A stretch of 64,000 bases of DNA from Bacillota bacterium (lineage in GTDB: Bacteria > Bacillota > UBA994 > UBA5500), in NCBI GenBank assembly GCA_023436245.1, contig JAEZJZ010000078.1:79758-143757 (forward strand), written 5' to 3'. Made by a program: the position numbers and the translations under genes. Positions within the stretch are counted from its first letter, which is position 1. Every line of letters starts with the position of its first letter. Shown in pieces: positions 1-9,442 of this stretch. The notes under the pieces were generated by a model, which was not told the origin of the DNA, ran no database searches, and saw nothing but the letters and a program-made list of their open reading frames with translations.

Positions 1-369
1 GCCAAGAGCGCCAGTTATCAGGTGAGGCCACGCGGCAAGACCTATACCGGTGACCTGGTGGTACTCGTCGGCACGAATACCGCGAGCAGCGCAGAAATGC
101 TGGCAGTTGCCCTGAAAGATTCCGGGCGTGCGACGCTCGTTGGGCAGACGACTGCGGGCGGCAGCGGGAACCCACTGCAGTTCGCTATTGCCGGCGGCAT
201 GGTGCGCTTCTCCACCGGTGATTTCCAGCGAAATGATGGAACGCCCATCGAAGGCGCAGGCATCGCCCCGGACATCCTGGTGAACTGGACTGTCGAGGAT
301 GTTGCTGCTGGCCGCGACCCTGACCTGTTGGCGGCGGCGGCCATCCTGCACCAAATGAGCGGCAAATAA
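1..369 (+). CDS. C-terminal processing (S41 family) peptidase, 5'-truncated at window edge
   Basis: ORF 22..369 is open back to position 1. Sequence VVLVGTNTASSAEMLAVALKD...ATLVGQTTAGG is typical of the S41 catalytic C-terminal region. Confidence 0.55.
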   Translation, partial: AKSASYQVRPRGKTYTGDLVVLVGTNTASSAEMLAVALKDSGRATLVGQTTAGGSGNPLQFAIAGGMVRFSTGDFQRNDGTPIEGAGIAPDILVNWTVEDVAAGRDPDLLAAAAILHQMSGK

Positions 370-418
370 GACAAAGCAGCGGAGACAGCCTGTGTGGGCC
401 GGGTCTCCGCTGCTTCCG

Positions 419-1600
419 CTACTTCAGGTGATCGGTCAAGGTCGGGCCAAAGGCCTGTTCGATGTACAGGTCTTGCAGTGACCAGAACTCTCGAAGCGCC
501 AGATACGACTGCACCGCCGGTAGAGCGGCGCCGGGTTGCTTGCGCCGTATTGCTCGAATGAGCACGTTTTTCGGGGTGTGTTCTGTGTCGATGAACTCCA
601 CCAGTTGCACCTCGTAGCCAACTATCTCCAGCACAGTGGCGCGCATACTGTCCGTAACCAGGGTGGCTAGACGGTCTTTGATGATGCCGTGCTTTTCCAG
701 CGGCATGAACAGCGGGTGATGCAGCTGCTTCGCCAGCTCGTGCTGGCAGCAGGGAACCGCTAGAATCACCTCCGCACCCCATTCTACCGCCTTGGCCAGC
801 GCAGCATCGGTAGCAGTGTCACAGGCGTGCAGGCTAACCACCATGTCGGCCTGCCCCAGCCCCTGATAGCTGGCGATGTCCCCGACCACGAAATGCAGAT
901 GGTCGTAGCCGAGGTCGGCTGCAATCCGGCTGCACTCGGCGATCACGTCCCGCTTCAAGTCCAGGCCCAGAATCTCCACATTCAGCTTGCGCACTACCCG
1001 CAGGTAGTAGTAGAGCGCGAAGGTTAGGTAGGACTTGCCGCTGCCAAAGTCAACTATGTGCAACGGGCGATCTGCCGGCTGCGACAGCTTGTCTGTCACA
1101 TCAGCCACCAGTTCGACAAAACGGTTGATCTGCCGGAACTTGTCGTACTTCTGAGCCAGCACCTTTCCCTGGCGATTCATCACCCCGAGTCGCACCAGGA
1201 AATCGTGGGGCACCCCCTCGGCCAGCAGGTACTCCTTCTGGCGATTGTGCTCCAGGCTCGGCGCTTGCTTGGTGGGTGGGTGTTTCAGAATGCGTGCTCG
1301 GCCATCTGCATTGACGAAGGCTTGGTAATCCGCACCTTCGGTGTAGATCTGGCCTTGCTTGAACGTGGTCTGCCAGAGCATGAGCAGCTCTGCCTGTGTC
1401 TCGCTAACCGATAAATTGCGGTGGGTGACCCGGCGCGGGTAATGGTAGGTGAACTGATAGTGCAGGTCGCCCGCAATCAGCACCGGCTTCACCGTCACCT
1501 TGCTGAATCCATCAGTTGTCTTCTTGCGCAATCCGCTCAGCACCAGGTAATAGAGCGTCTGCTGCTGCATTTCCTGTTCCAGCAAAGCCTTCAGTTCCAA
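419..1600 (-). CDS. class I SAM-dependent methyltransferase
   Basis: 393 aa. VDFGSGKSYLTFALYYY matches methyltransferase motif I (Rossmann fold). Host-like GC. Confidence 0.55.
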   Translation of the reverse strand: MELKALLEQEMQQQTLYYLVLSGLRKKTTDGFSKVTVKPVLIAGDLHYQFTYHYPRRVTHRNLSVSETQAELLMLWQTTFKQGQIYTEGADYQAFVNADGRARILKHPPTKQAPSLEHNRQKEYLLAEGVPHDFLVRLGVMNRQGKVLAQKYDKFRQINRFVELVADVTDKLSQPADRPLHIVDFGSGKSYLTFALYYYLRVVRKLNVEILGLDLKRDVIAECSRIAADLGYDHLHFVVGDIASYQGLGQADMVVSLHACDTATDAALAKAVEWGAEVILAVPCCQHELAKQLHHPLFMPLEKHGIIKDRLATLVTDSMRATVLEIVGYEVQLVEFIDTEHTPKNVLIRAIRRKQPGAALPAVQSYLALREFWSLQDLYIEQAFGPTLTDHLK

Positions 1601-1621
1601 GCGTCATTCCTCCCAATCATC

Positions 1622-1912
1622 TCACCAGAGCTCGACCTCGACGGTCACCACTTCCGCTCCAGGACAGCGTTCCGCCATCTCCTCCGCCGAGCGAAACAGG
1701 TCCCGTACGACCGACTCGCTCAGGCTGACGGCGGCGAGGGCAATCACGGCTCGCCCGATCTCATCCAGGGCGTCTACCTCGGCCACCCCCACATTCAACC
1801 GTTGCTGCAGACGGGCAATCAGGCTCTTCACGATCGAGCGCTTGTCCTTCAGCGACTGGGTAACATGCAGCCTCAAGGTGATGGTGCAGACACCGACCAA
1901 CATCATTTTCAC
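1622..1912 (-). CDS. DUF503 (YlxP-like) family protein
   Basis: 96 aa starting MKMMLVGVCTITL, with length typical of DUF503. Confidence 0.5.
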   Translation of the reverse strand: MKMMLVGVCTITLRLHVTQSLKDKRSIVKSLIARLQQRLNVGVAEVDALDEIGRAVIALAAVSLSESVVRDLFRSAEEMAERCPGAEVVTVEVELW

Positions 1913-2090
1913 TCCCGGCTCCAGTTTCCTGGTTCATTATATCAGAACTAGTCTGCCTGAGATGAGCCGTCATCAGTCGTGCCAATACGCCCGCGGCGCT
2001 TCCACGGAAGTGACATCGACAGTAACACACTTCTTCCTCCTTGTGTATGATGTAGGGCTAAGCAAAGAAAGCACAAGGGAGGTTGGCAAG

Positions 2091-2222
2091 TTGTTAGGCA
2101 AAGTGAAGAAGGTGTTTCCCGGCGGCAATACCGGCTTCGGTTTCTATTCCCTCTACGACAACATCGCTAGTTCGGACACTAATGCCATCTTTGTCCTCAA
2201 GGGTGGAGGCTTGAGCGCATAG
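2091..2222 (+). CDS. small hypothetical protein (43 aa), convergent with int
   Basis: TTG start preceded by AAGGGAGG with an 8-nt spacer. Sits inside the longer track ORF 1842..2222. Encodes ...KVKKVFPGGNTGFGFYSLYDNIASSDTNAIFVLKGGGLSA. Confidence 0.2.
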   Translation: MLGKVKKVFPGGNTGFGFYSLYDNIASSDTNAIFVLKGGGLSA

Positions 2223-2240
2223 GGAAACCCGCATAATAAC

Positions 2241-3710
2241 TCACTCGATGCCAAGGATGTCGCCGGCGATGCGAACATCAACGACCTGTCGGTCACGGAT
2301 TACCACCGAGTCAATCAAGCCCCTAATAGCATTCTGAAGAACCGGCAGCTCGCCGTGCTCCCACAGCCAGAGTGCTTGCTTCGCTTCCTTCTGGATGGCG
2401 GCCGATATCTTTTCTACCTGTGGCGCCTGAGCGCGTGCTTTCTCCTCCGCGAGAAGCTGGCGCTCTTTTTCTATGCGCTCCCGGGCCAGGCGCAGGTCGT
2501 TATCCCCGATCAGGCCGTTCTCATAGGCGGCAATCTGCCTCTGGAAGCGCTGGTCTATGGCGGACTCGCGGCGTACGTACTCTGCTTCCTTGCTGGTCAT
2601 CGCCTGGCTCAGATCCTGGTCACTGACTGTTAGAGAGCCGTCGGCCAGTCGTTCCAGCGTCTGATAGACCGCAACCTCAGCGTCCTCATTCTGCACGTAG
2701 TTGAACCAGCAGCCTCCATTGTGGGCGTAGTTCCGGCAGACGAAGATGTCGCGCTGACTGACCTCAGTCTTCTTGTTTCCGTACTTGCGGGCGTTCATGC
2801 CACTTCCGCAATGTCCGCACACCAGCAGTCCACTGACCCTCATCTTCTTGGCCCGGTCCTTTCCTGTAGGCTTCGGCCTCTGCAGCTTCTTCTCGATAGC
2901 CGCCCATTGCTCCTCGGTGTAGATGGCAGGGTGAGCATCGTCACGGACAATCCATTCAGACTCGTCTCGCCACTGCATCTTGCCTTCCTTGTCGTAGTAT
3001 CTCCGGTTGTACACGAGCTGGCCGGCATAGATCTCATTGCAGATCAGACGGCGCACTGATGTATTGTGCCAGATGCCACCGGAGCGTGGCTTGCTTCCGG
3101 ACTCGTTCAGGGTTTTGGTGATTGCCCGGTACCCGTGGCCAGCGATGTACATATCGGCGATCTTTCGGACGAGTTCCGCTTCCTCAGGAACGATGACCAG
3201 TTGCTTGCTATCATCCAGCCGATAGCCAAAGGGTGCAAAGGACTGATATCGTTTCTTCTTGCTGGCCACCTCAAGCATGGTCGAGCGTACCCGCGTGGCA
3301 ATCATGGCGCGTTCAAACTCAGCGAACGCGGCCAAGATCTGCAGGACCATGCGGCCGATCGGCGTGCTTGTATCGAAGTTGAGGGCAGCACAAACGTAGG
3401 CCGTTTTATGCCTTTCGCACAGGTCAATGAACTGCAGCATGTCTAGCAGGTTGCGGGAGAGGCGGTCGACCGCAACGGTGGCCACGACAGCGACCTGACC
3501 TTGCTTGATCAGGCGCATCAGCTTCTGCATCTGAGGCCGATTCATGTCCTTAGCACTTTCACCTTCGTCGGCAAAGACCTGAACGTTCGCCCAACCCTGG
3601 AACTTGGCGTAGGCGCTGAGCTTGTCTATCTGGGCCTCAATCGAATAGCCTTCCCGGGCTTGATCATCAGTGGAGACGCGAACGTATATGGCGCTAACCC
3701 TATTCACCAT
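2241..3710 (-). CDS. int: large serine recombinase (prophage integrase)
   Basis: MVNRVSAIYVRVSTDDQAREGYSIEAQ is a resolvase-type catalytic N-terminus. Recombinase and zinc-ribbon regions follow (CGHCGSGM...CRNYAHNGGC), then a coiled coil. Start refined to ATG at 3710, with GGAGGTG SD 5 nt upstream. Confidence 0.85.
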   Translation of the reverse strand: MVNRVSAIYVRVSTDDQAREGYSIEAQIDKLSAYAKFQGWANVQVFADEGESAKDMNRPQMQKLMRLIKQGQVAVVATVAVDRLSRNLLDMLQFIDLCERHKTAYVCAALNFDTSTPIGRMVLQILAAFAEFERAMIATRVRSTMLEVASKKKRYQSFAPFGYRLDDSKQLVIVPEEAELVRKIADMYIAGHGYRAITKTLNESGSKPRSGGIWHNTSVRRLICNEIYAGQLVYNRRYYDKEGKMQWRDESEWIVRDDAHPAIYTEEQWAAIEKKLQRPKPTGKDRAKKMRVSGLLVCGHCGSGMNARKYGNKKTEVSQRDIFVCRNYAHNGGCWFNYVQNEDAEVAVYQTLERLADGSLTVSDQDLSQAMTSKEAEYVRRESAIDQRFQRQIAAYENGLIGDNDLRLARERIEKERQLLAEEKARAQAPQVEKISAAIQKEAKQALWLWEHGELPVLQNAIRGLIDSVVIRDRQVVDVRIAGDILGIE

Positions 3711-3940
3711 GAGAGCACCTCCGTGGCGAGTCCAATATCGGTTGGGGATGTGGTTGGTTACCGCGGGTACACATGCCAGCAAGAGAGCTCAAGTGGGGCG
3801 GGAGACCTAGGACTCTCTTCTTCTCTTAGCCTCCCTAACATCCTTATGATAAACCCACTCTGAAGGGGCCATGGGCATTTGAAATCAGCGTTTTGCCAAT
3901 AAATGGCCAGCCAATGATCGGCTGGCCATTTCGGATTATC

Positions 3941-4786
3941 TCAATTGAAAACAGACTGGATGAACCCGCTCCATGTCTGGTATGCTGCGACGAGTCCTGT
4001 AGCAGTTGTGATTCCGGAGACTACCGCCTTACCCGCCTTAAGGAGAGTCTCAATCAGGGTCTTTCGAGGCTGCTCTTCATTAAGTTGGCTAATGACCTCT
4101 TTAACGATGCCGGTCAACTCTTCTTGCTTCTCCTTGTCGAGTTCTGACTCCATCGCTCGGTAGAGCTCGTCGGTATACTTCTTAATCTCCTGAACATGCG
4201 AACCGAAGTTCACTACATTATCTGCTCCTACCACAAATTGACTATCCTTTGCCTCGATTTTCATCTGCGAGAAGTCGTTCTTGGCCACGTGGACATCTCC
4301 CTTCACGTTGAATATTACCACGCTGTTTCCAAGGTCCGCGATTTTCGCCATGTTCTCGGGCGAGAATTTTAGATCAGCTAATGGAATCTCAGCGACGGCT
4401 TTTTTTTTTGCCATGCTCAGGATGTAAGGATCCGTGCTCCATAAGGCTGTTCGATACTGAGTGTCAGCGTAAAAAACTGGAAATATCATGTTCGACGTGA
4501 CCTCGTATTCTTCCCCACAAAGATCACACCGAACTGGTGCCAAGGATTCCGGAAGGGTGTCGAGAACCGCCAAAGAACGACTGCAACCGTACTCTGGGCA
4601 GCGAACCTCCCAACGTAGCCTAAGTTGTCTAATTTTCGCCAAATCCAGCAATCGACTGAACACAGGTTCATATGACAGTTCAAGAGTCTTCGAGATGAAT
4701 GTTGGGTAGAACCTCTTCACTGGGAGCTGGAGTAGAGTGCCTACCAATGTGTCAACCCTTGCGTCAATCTCATGTTGTTCGGCCAC
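3941..4786 (-). CDS. hypothetical protein with CxxC...CxxC zinc ribbon (cassette gene B)
   Basis: GTG start at 4786, 9 nt after an AGGAG SD that lies at the stop of the upstream gene. Contains RCPEYGCSRS...CDLCGEEYE. C-terminal half is rich in V-x-G-x-V beta-strand repeats. AT-richer than surroundings. Confidence 0.45.
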   Translation of the reverse strand: MAEQHEIDARVDTLVGTLLQLPVKRFYPTFISKTLELSYEPVFSRLLDLAKIRQLRLRWEVRCPEYGCSRSLAVLDTLPESLAPVRCDLCGEEYEVTSNMIFPVFYADTQYRTALWSTDPYILSMAKKKAVAEIPLADLKFSPENMAKIADLGNSVVIFNVKGDVHVAKNDFSQMKIEAKDSQFVVGADNVVNFGSHVQEIKKYTDELYRAMESELDKEKQEELTGIVKEVISQLNEEQPRKTLIETLLKAGKAVVSGITTATGLVAAYQTWSGFIQSVFN

Positions 4787-4800
4787 GCTCAATCACTCCT

Positions 4801-5889
4801 TCAGGGCAGCAAGCGCTCCCTCACGTATTCTATCACAGACTCAGTAGCGGGAGTCATGAAGAAAACGGAATCGGACTGAAGTCCAACCCTTATCGTATAG
4901 GTATGCGTTACCCGATTGTCGGCATGCTCAAACTGAATGAACCCACCGGTTTGCGACAGGAATGGTCGCAGAGAGTCATAAAGCGGGAGACCCCTAAGGT
5001 CCCTTCCGGATACACCCATGCCCACCTTCTCTAAACCAGCAAGAATCAGTGCCGTGAAACCCAGTGCTACATGCCCCGGACTTAGGTTTTGCATGGCAGC
5101 AGTTAGTTCCCGCCCTAGCAGTTCTATTTCCGGATTCCGAAAATAGGTATCTACGGCGTTCAAAATGTTCAGTACCGCGCTTCTTTGCTCGTCTCCAAAT
5201 TCCTCTAGCAACAACTCAGGTGTACACATAGTATCAATGAGTTCACCGCTCAGGGCGTCGGCGATCCGTGAAGCATCTCTATCATATAGCGCACAAAAGG
5301 GAATCGGATCTACAACGACCGTGTCTCCAACAAGCGCTGTTACCGTACTCGCGATTCGTTCTGCAAACTTAGGTTCGCATCGCGTTTCGATGATTCCTTT
5401 TTGCTCATCAACGTACGCCGTAATTATACTTGTTCGCGGACGTCGCTCCATTTCAGTGCCGTTAAAGACCCTAGACACACCGGTCCTCAGCATGAGTCGT
5501 AAGTAGTACTTTGAATCATCTCCGTTTGTTCCCGCAGTCATTAGGACTGGTGTGGATGTCAGCTCGTTCGCGCTGCAATTACGGATTCGCGCAAACGGGT
5601 CAAACCCCGCATTCTGGGTAATCCTAGCCCTCGCGCCTTCTAGTGAGCAACCGTTTGCGGGTCTAAACCATGCGACAGACGTACGGCCCGCAAGTAGCCT
5701 TTCTCTGCCTGTTCCCAGCACGACATTTCTAAGCACCTGATTGTCCCTTACCTGTTCCCAGATCTCATTGGCCAGATCCGTGACCGAACCAGCGTCCGGG
5801 ATACCCAGGTCCGTGCACATCTGTTGAAGCACTTCCTTAGGAAGTCTCACGACATCGGTGATGAATGACGAGTTTTGGATATTGAGCAT
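4801..5889 (-). CDS. hypothetical protein (cassette gene A), no recognisable domain
   Basis: ATG at 5889 preceded by GGAGG with an 8-nt spacer. 362 aa. Stop lies 14 nt from the gene B start, suggesting an operon. Confidence 0.45.
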   Translation of the reverse strand: MLNIQNSSFITDVVRLPKEVLQQMCTDLGIPDAGSVTDLANEIWEQVRDNQVLRNVVLGTGRERLLAGRTSVAWFRPANGCSLEGARARITQNAGFDPFARIRNCSANELTSTPVLMTAGTNGDDSKYYLRLMLRTGVSRVFNGTEMERRPRTSIITAYVDEQKGIIETRCEPKFAERIASTVTALVGDTVVVDPIPFCALYDRDASRIADALSGELIDTMCTPELLLEEFGDEQRSAVLNILNAVDTYFRNPEIELLGRELTAAMQNLSPGHVALGFTALILAGLEKVGMGVSGRDLRGLPLYDSLRPFLSQTGGFIQFEHADNRVTHTYTIRVGLQSDSVFFMTPATESVIEYVRERLLP

Positions 5890-6109
5890 TTGACAAACCT
5901 CCAATCATCAGCGCATCATGGTCGGCAGTGTATCGCACAAGGACGAGGGCAGCGGTCCAGGTGCGTGGAGCATGCGCATTGTCACATTTCTTCACGCCTC
6001 GGCAGATTCCTCCAAGAATAGGCAAGAAAATGCCTCGTTTTGGCAGGACTCCAGGGATTCCTGGCAGAACGATAAGACCATATGTCAGGATGGCGGGAGG
6101 TGTCAGATA

Positions 6110-7165
6110 GTGAAGCAGGAGTTCGCTACGGTGCTTGAAGGCTATTTGCAGGCCAAACAGGAGGAGTTCACGTCACACACGATGGCTCACCACCTAAGGA
6201 CGGTCTTGCCCGAAGTGCTAATGAGTGAGCTTGACCTGTCTGTGTACACGAGCGATGGGTCGAGTGGAAATGGTCGATGGGTGAAAGTCCCTTGGGTCAG
6301 TGCGTTCCACAAGAGCGTCACCGTCACGGCGCAGAGGGGCTACTATGTCGTCTATCTGTTCGCCGAGGATATGAGCGGTCTGTACATATCACTTAACCAG
6401 GGCTGGACGGATTTCGAAGACAAGTATGGTCGGAGTGAAGGAAGAAAGCAAATCCGCCGATCGGCATTGGCTTTGAGAGCACTCGTAGGGCCGCATCTCA
6501 GACGGCTTGTGGCTGACGAAATCGACTTGGCACGAAAGGGGAGGCTCGCTCTTGGCTATATGGCCGGCCACGTATGCGGAGCCTATTACCCCGCCTCCTG
6601 CATTCCTTCCGAGGAAGAGCTGCGTGCCGACCTTGTCGAGATTCTTTCCCTGTATAATCGGCTAGTGGCAGTGCTCGGAAAAGATTCATGGGTCGAGAAG
6701 GCAGCTCGGCTTGCAGAATCTCAGACCGCAATCGCTGATGACGAACAGGATGAGGGTGACTTCCAGAAGAGGGTTGGACGGAGCCTTCCTACCCAGTCGA
6801 CGCCTGGGCCCAGACCGCGGCAGGAGCCAAAGCATACGAACCGCGGCCCCGTCTGGCCGCGCGACCCCTCAATCGCGCGGGAGGCTTTGATTAGGGCTGA
6901 GTATCGGTGCGAGGTGGATCCCCAGCACATTACCTTTATCTCGGCGGTGACAGGGCAGAACTATGTGGAAGCTCATCACCTGATCCCGATGAGTAGGCAG
7001 GGAGAGTGTGATAACAGCCTTGATGTAGTGGCAAACATCGTGGCGCTGTGTCCGACCTGTCACCGCAAGATTCACTTTGCCGACAAAGACGTATCCAATG
7101 CAATGACATGCGCCCTTGTCGAAGCCAGGCGGAGTAGGCTGGAGGACTACGGAATCCATTCATAA
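6110..7165 (+). CDS. DUF3578 (McrB N-terminal-like) plus HNH endonuclease; putative modification-dependent (type IV-like) restriction enzyme
   Basis: GRWVKVPWVSAFHKSVTVTAQRGYYVVYLFAEDMSGLYISLNQGW matches the DUF3578 core. C-terminal HHLIPMS...CPTCHRKIH is an HNH motif. GTG at 6110 with GGAGG 13 nt upstream. Confidence 0.6.
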   Translation: MKQEFATVLEGYLQAKQEEFTSHTMAHHLRTVLPEVLMSELDLSVYTSDGSSGNGRWVKVPWVSAFHKSVTVTAQRGYYVVYLFAEDMSGLYISLNQGWTDFEDKYGRSEGRKQIRRSALALRALVGPHLRRLVADEIDLARKGRLALGYMAGHVCGAYYPASCIPSEEELRADLVEILSLYNRLVAVLGKDSWVEKAARLAESQTAIADDEQDEGDFQKRVGRSLPTQSTPGPRPRQEPKHTNRGPVWPRDPSIAREALIRAEYRCEVDPQHITFISAVTGQNYVEAHHLIPMSRQGECDNSLDVVANIVALCPTCHRKIHFADKDVSNAMTCALVEARRSRLEDYGIHS

Positions 7166-7285
7166 TATGGTGCGAGCCTCCCGGTGAACTGTAGGATTTC
7201 ACCGGAGGCTCGCAGTCTCGTTACGGTCAGTAATCTTATCCTGCAGTAACACAAGCGCAGCGCCCAACAGTGCTAAGGATATCCA

Positions 7286-8488
7286 TCAGGCGTAGTGAGC
7301 AACGTGACCAGTATCCCAGTCTATTCGAATAAAGCGAACAGCGACATTAGCGTTTGCTCCTGCATCCACGCGGTGACCGGACGCTCCAAAGTCCCGCAGC
7401 ACTTCTGTGCTGAAGATGCCGGAGTATGCTCTATCCCTACCCATGATTGCGGCGCATCTCAGACCGGCGAGGCAACTGGCAATGGCCATTTCTCCCCCAG
7501 AGTGCGGGCAGTTGGGTTTGAAATGCCCCGTAGCGCTGCCGTGGTGGGACACGCAATAGTAACTGCACCGAGGAAGGTAATGATGGCAATCATGGAACTC
7601 TGCCCATCCTTCGCGCTCAAGATCGCCAGGAAGTATCATCGTCCTGCGTTCTGAGCCAAACATCAGAACCGTAGACGAGTTGTTCACTTGGCTAACTATC
7701 CGATATGGCTGGCAGTACGCAGACGTCTTCGGCGATGTTCTCAGAGTTCGTAGAGAGGGGTGCAGCACAGCGGCAAAAGAACCGCTGTTTCCAGCTATGG
7801 GCTCAACGAACTTAAGATTCTGAGCTCGTGCGGAATTGTACAGGCGCATAAGTATGGTATTATACGACGGCATAGCCCACGAGTAGTGCATATTAGCCCA
7901 TATCTCCGAGTTCTCAAGGTAGCCATTGTCCAGCAAGTACCCGATCCCGTTGAAATGGTCAAAATGTGGGTGCGTCAGGAAGAAGCGAGAAACGGAGAAC
8001 TCACCAAGAGCGAAGTCGGCCATTATCGTCTGAATACATGAGGCAAGGTTATTGCGATAGTGCTGATGATTGAGAAAGTCATATGTGGAACAATCTACCA
8101 TGACAATCTCGAGATCCATACCGGTTTCACGAACTATAATGCTGCAGTTTCCGTGTCCGACATTAACGTGGTACGAACAGACTTGACCGCGGCCCCGAGC
8201 AAAAGGAGACGGGGCTTCAGATCGTGATTCTAGCAGACTTCTGAACTTGTTGTTTAGCATCAGCGCTGCTTTTGCCTCGCCTTCGCCTCCCGCACTCCGA
8301 AACTCTCCATTGGCAAGCCTAACAAAGCTTCCTTCTCGGAGCCCACGAGTGACCTTTGCCTCGAACCCTTCCGAAAACAAGCCTTCTCCCTCAAGTGTGT
8401 ACCCTTGGTTTGATACCCTCTCCAGCTCAACTGATACTCGACCATCAGTCACTGGCTGGACTCCATGAACGAAAAGAACACCCGACAC
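7286..8488 (-). CDS. MBL-fold metallo-hydrolase with N-terminal extension
   Basis: FLTHPHFDHFNG is the HxHxDH metallo-beta-lactamase motif, with downstream His and Cys residues. GTG start, so the N-terminal boundary is uncertain. Confidence 0.55.
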   Translation of the reverse strand: MSGVLFVHGVQPVTDGRVSVELERVSNQGYTLEGEGLFSEGFEAKVTRGLREGSFVRLANGEFRSAGGEGEAKAALMLNNKFRSLLESRSEAPSPFARGRGQVCSYHVNVGHGNCSIIVRETGMDLEIVMVDCSTYDFLNHQHYRNNLASCIQTIMADFALGEFSVSRFFLTHPHFDHFNGIGYLLDNGYLENSEIWANMHYSWAMPSYNTILMRLYNSARAQNLKFVEPIAGNSGSFAAVLHPSLRTLRTSPKTSAYCQPYRIVSQVNNSSTVLMFGSERRTMILPGDLEREGWAEFHDCHHYLPRCSYYCVSHHGSATGHFKPNCPHSGGEMAIASCLAGLRCAAIMGRDRAYSGIFSTEVLRDFGASGHRVDAGANANVAVRFIRIDWDTGHVAHYA

Positions 8489-8662
8489 AGCCTCATCATC
8501 CTCCTAACAACGGCGCTCAAAAAGCCGACCCAGTCCAAATAACCACGCGGCTGGTGCCGCCGCATGTTGCGTCTGCTGGCAGAGTAGCTTCCGCCATTTC
8601 CCGCCTCACCAGCTCTCTGTAGGATGGACTTCTGCACCCTGAGGAGTGGCTAGGACCGCCAA

Positions 8663-9250
8663 CTATTTCCCCTCGAACTGCTCCCACGCACTGATCATTC
8701 CGCCAGTGAGCGCATCCCCAAGTGCCTCGTCCGAGTTAATCAGCCATTTCCCGCCACTCTTGACCAGGTTGATGGTCACATCAGTCGTGGTCATAGGGGC
8801 GTCCGCTGCCTCGATCGCTTCCTGGTATGCACTCATGAACATGTCGCTGATGGCGTCTTCGGAGCCGCCACCACTAAATGCCATGGCGAAGGCCGCGCCC
8901 ATTGCTTCCATCATCACCTTGCCCGTGACTGCCATCATGTCAGGGGCGGTTACCTTGACTGCCACAGTCGCACTATCGCCGGACACGTTGGAATCGCCCA
9001 GTTCATAGCTGATCTGACCCAGTAGGGCCTCAATGAGGGCCGCTCCTGCCTCTTCATCACCCTCTGGTGCCTGCAGCATGTCTTCTGCTGAGCCACCGTT
9101 GACATACTCCGCCGCCTTAGCGTAGTCTGCCTTGATCATTGCGTCCAGGCAGGCCTTGACCGACTCCTCGGGCTTGGGGCCCGCGCATCCGGCCGCGACT
9201 AAGAGCAGGGAAAGGACTACTACTCCGGCGAGAATCCTGCTTCTCATCAC
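8663..9250 (-). CDS. lipoprotein
   Basis: Signal peptide with lipobox LLVAAGC. Ala/Gly/Met-rich mature region. Confidence 0.6.
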   Translation of the reverse strand: MMRSRILAGVVVLSLLLVAAGCAGPKPEESVKACLDAMIKADYAKAAEYVNGGSAEDMLQAPEGDEEAGAALIEALLGQISYELGDSNVSGDSATVAVKVTAPDMMAVTGKVMMEAMGAAFAMAFSGGGSEDAISDMFMSAYQEAIEAADAPMTTTDVTINLVKSGGKWLINSDEALGDALTGGMISAWEQFEGK

Positions 9251-9442
9251 TTCATCTCCTTGTCAAGTAACTACTAGTGACTTCCATTGTCAGAGTTCGC
9301 CATCCATCGGGATGATCCTCCAAGATTAGGCAGGAAATATCTTCTCATGAAGTCCCCAACTCGGTCATACCAATTCAGAAGGAAGAGCCAGCCATGCCGC
9401 CGAATATCTGGGTATGGCATTATTTGCTAAGGAGGGTTCCTT

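Noticed and set aside
42-782. 246-aa minus-strand ORF spanning the S41 peptidase and methyltransferase genes
   Set aside because: Antisense to two well-supported genes. It looks like a typical spurious long ORF in GC-rich DNA (Ala/Arg/Gly/Pro-rich).
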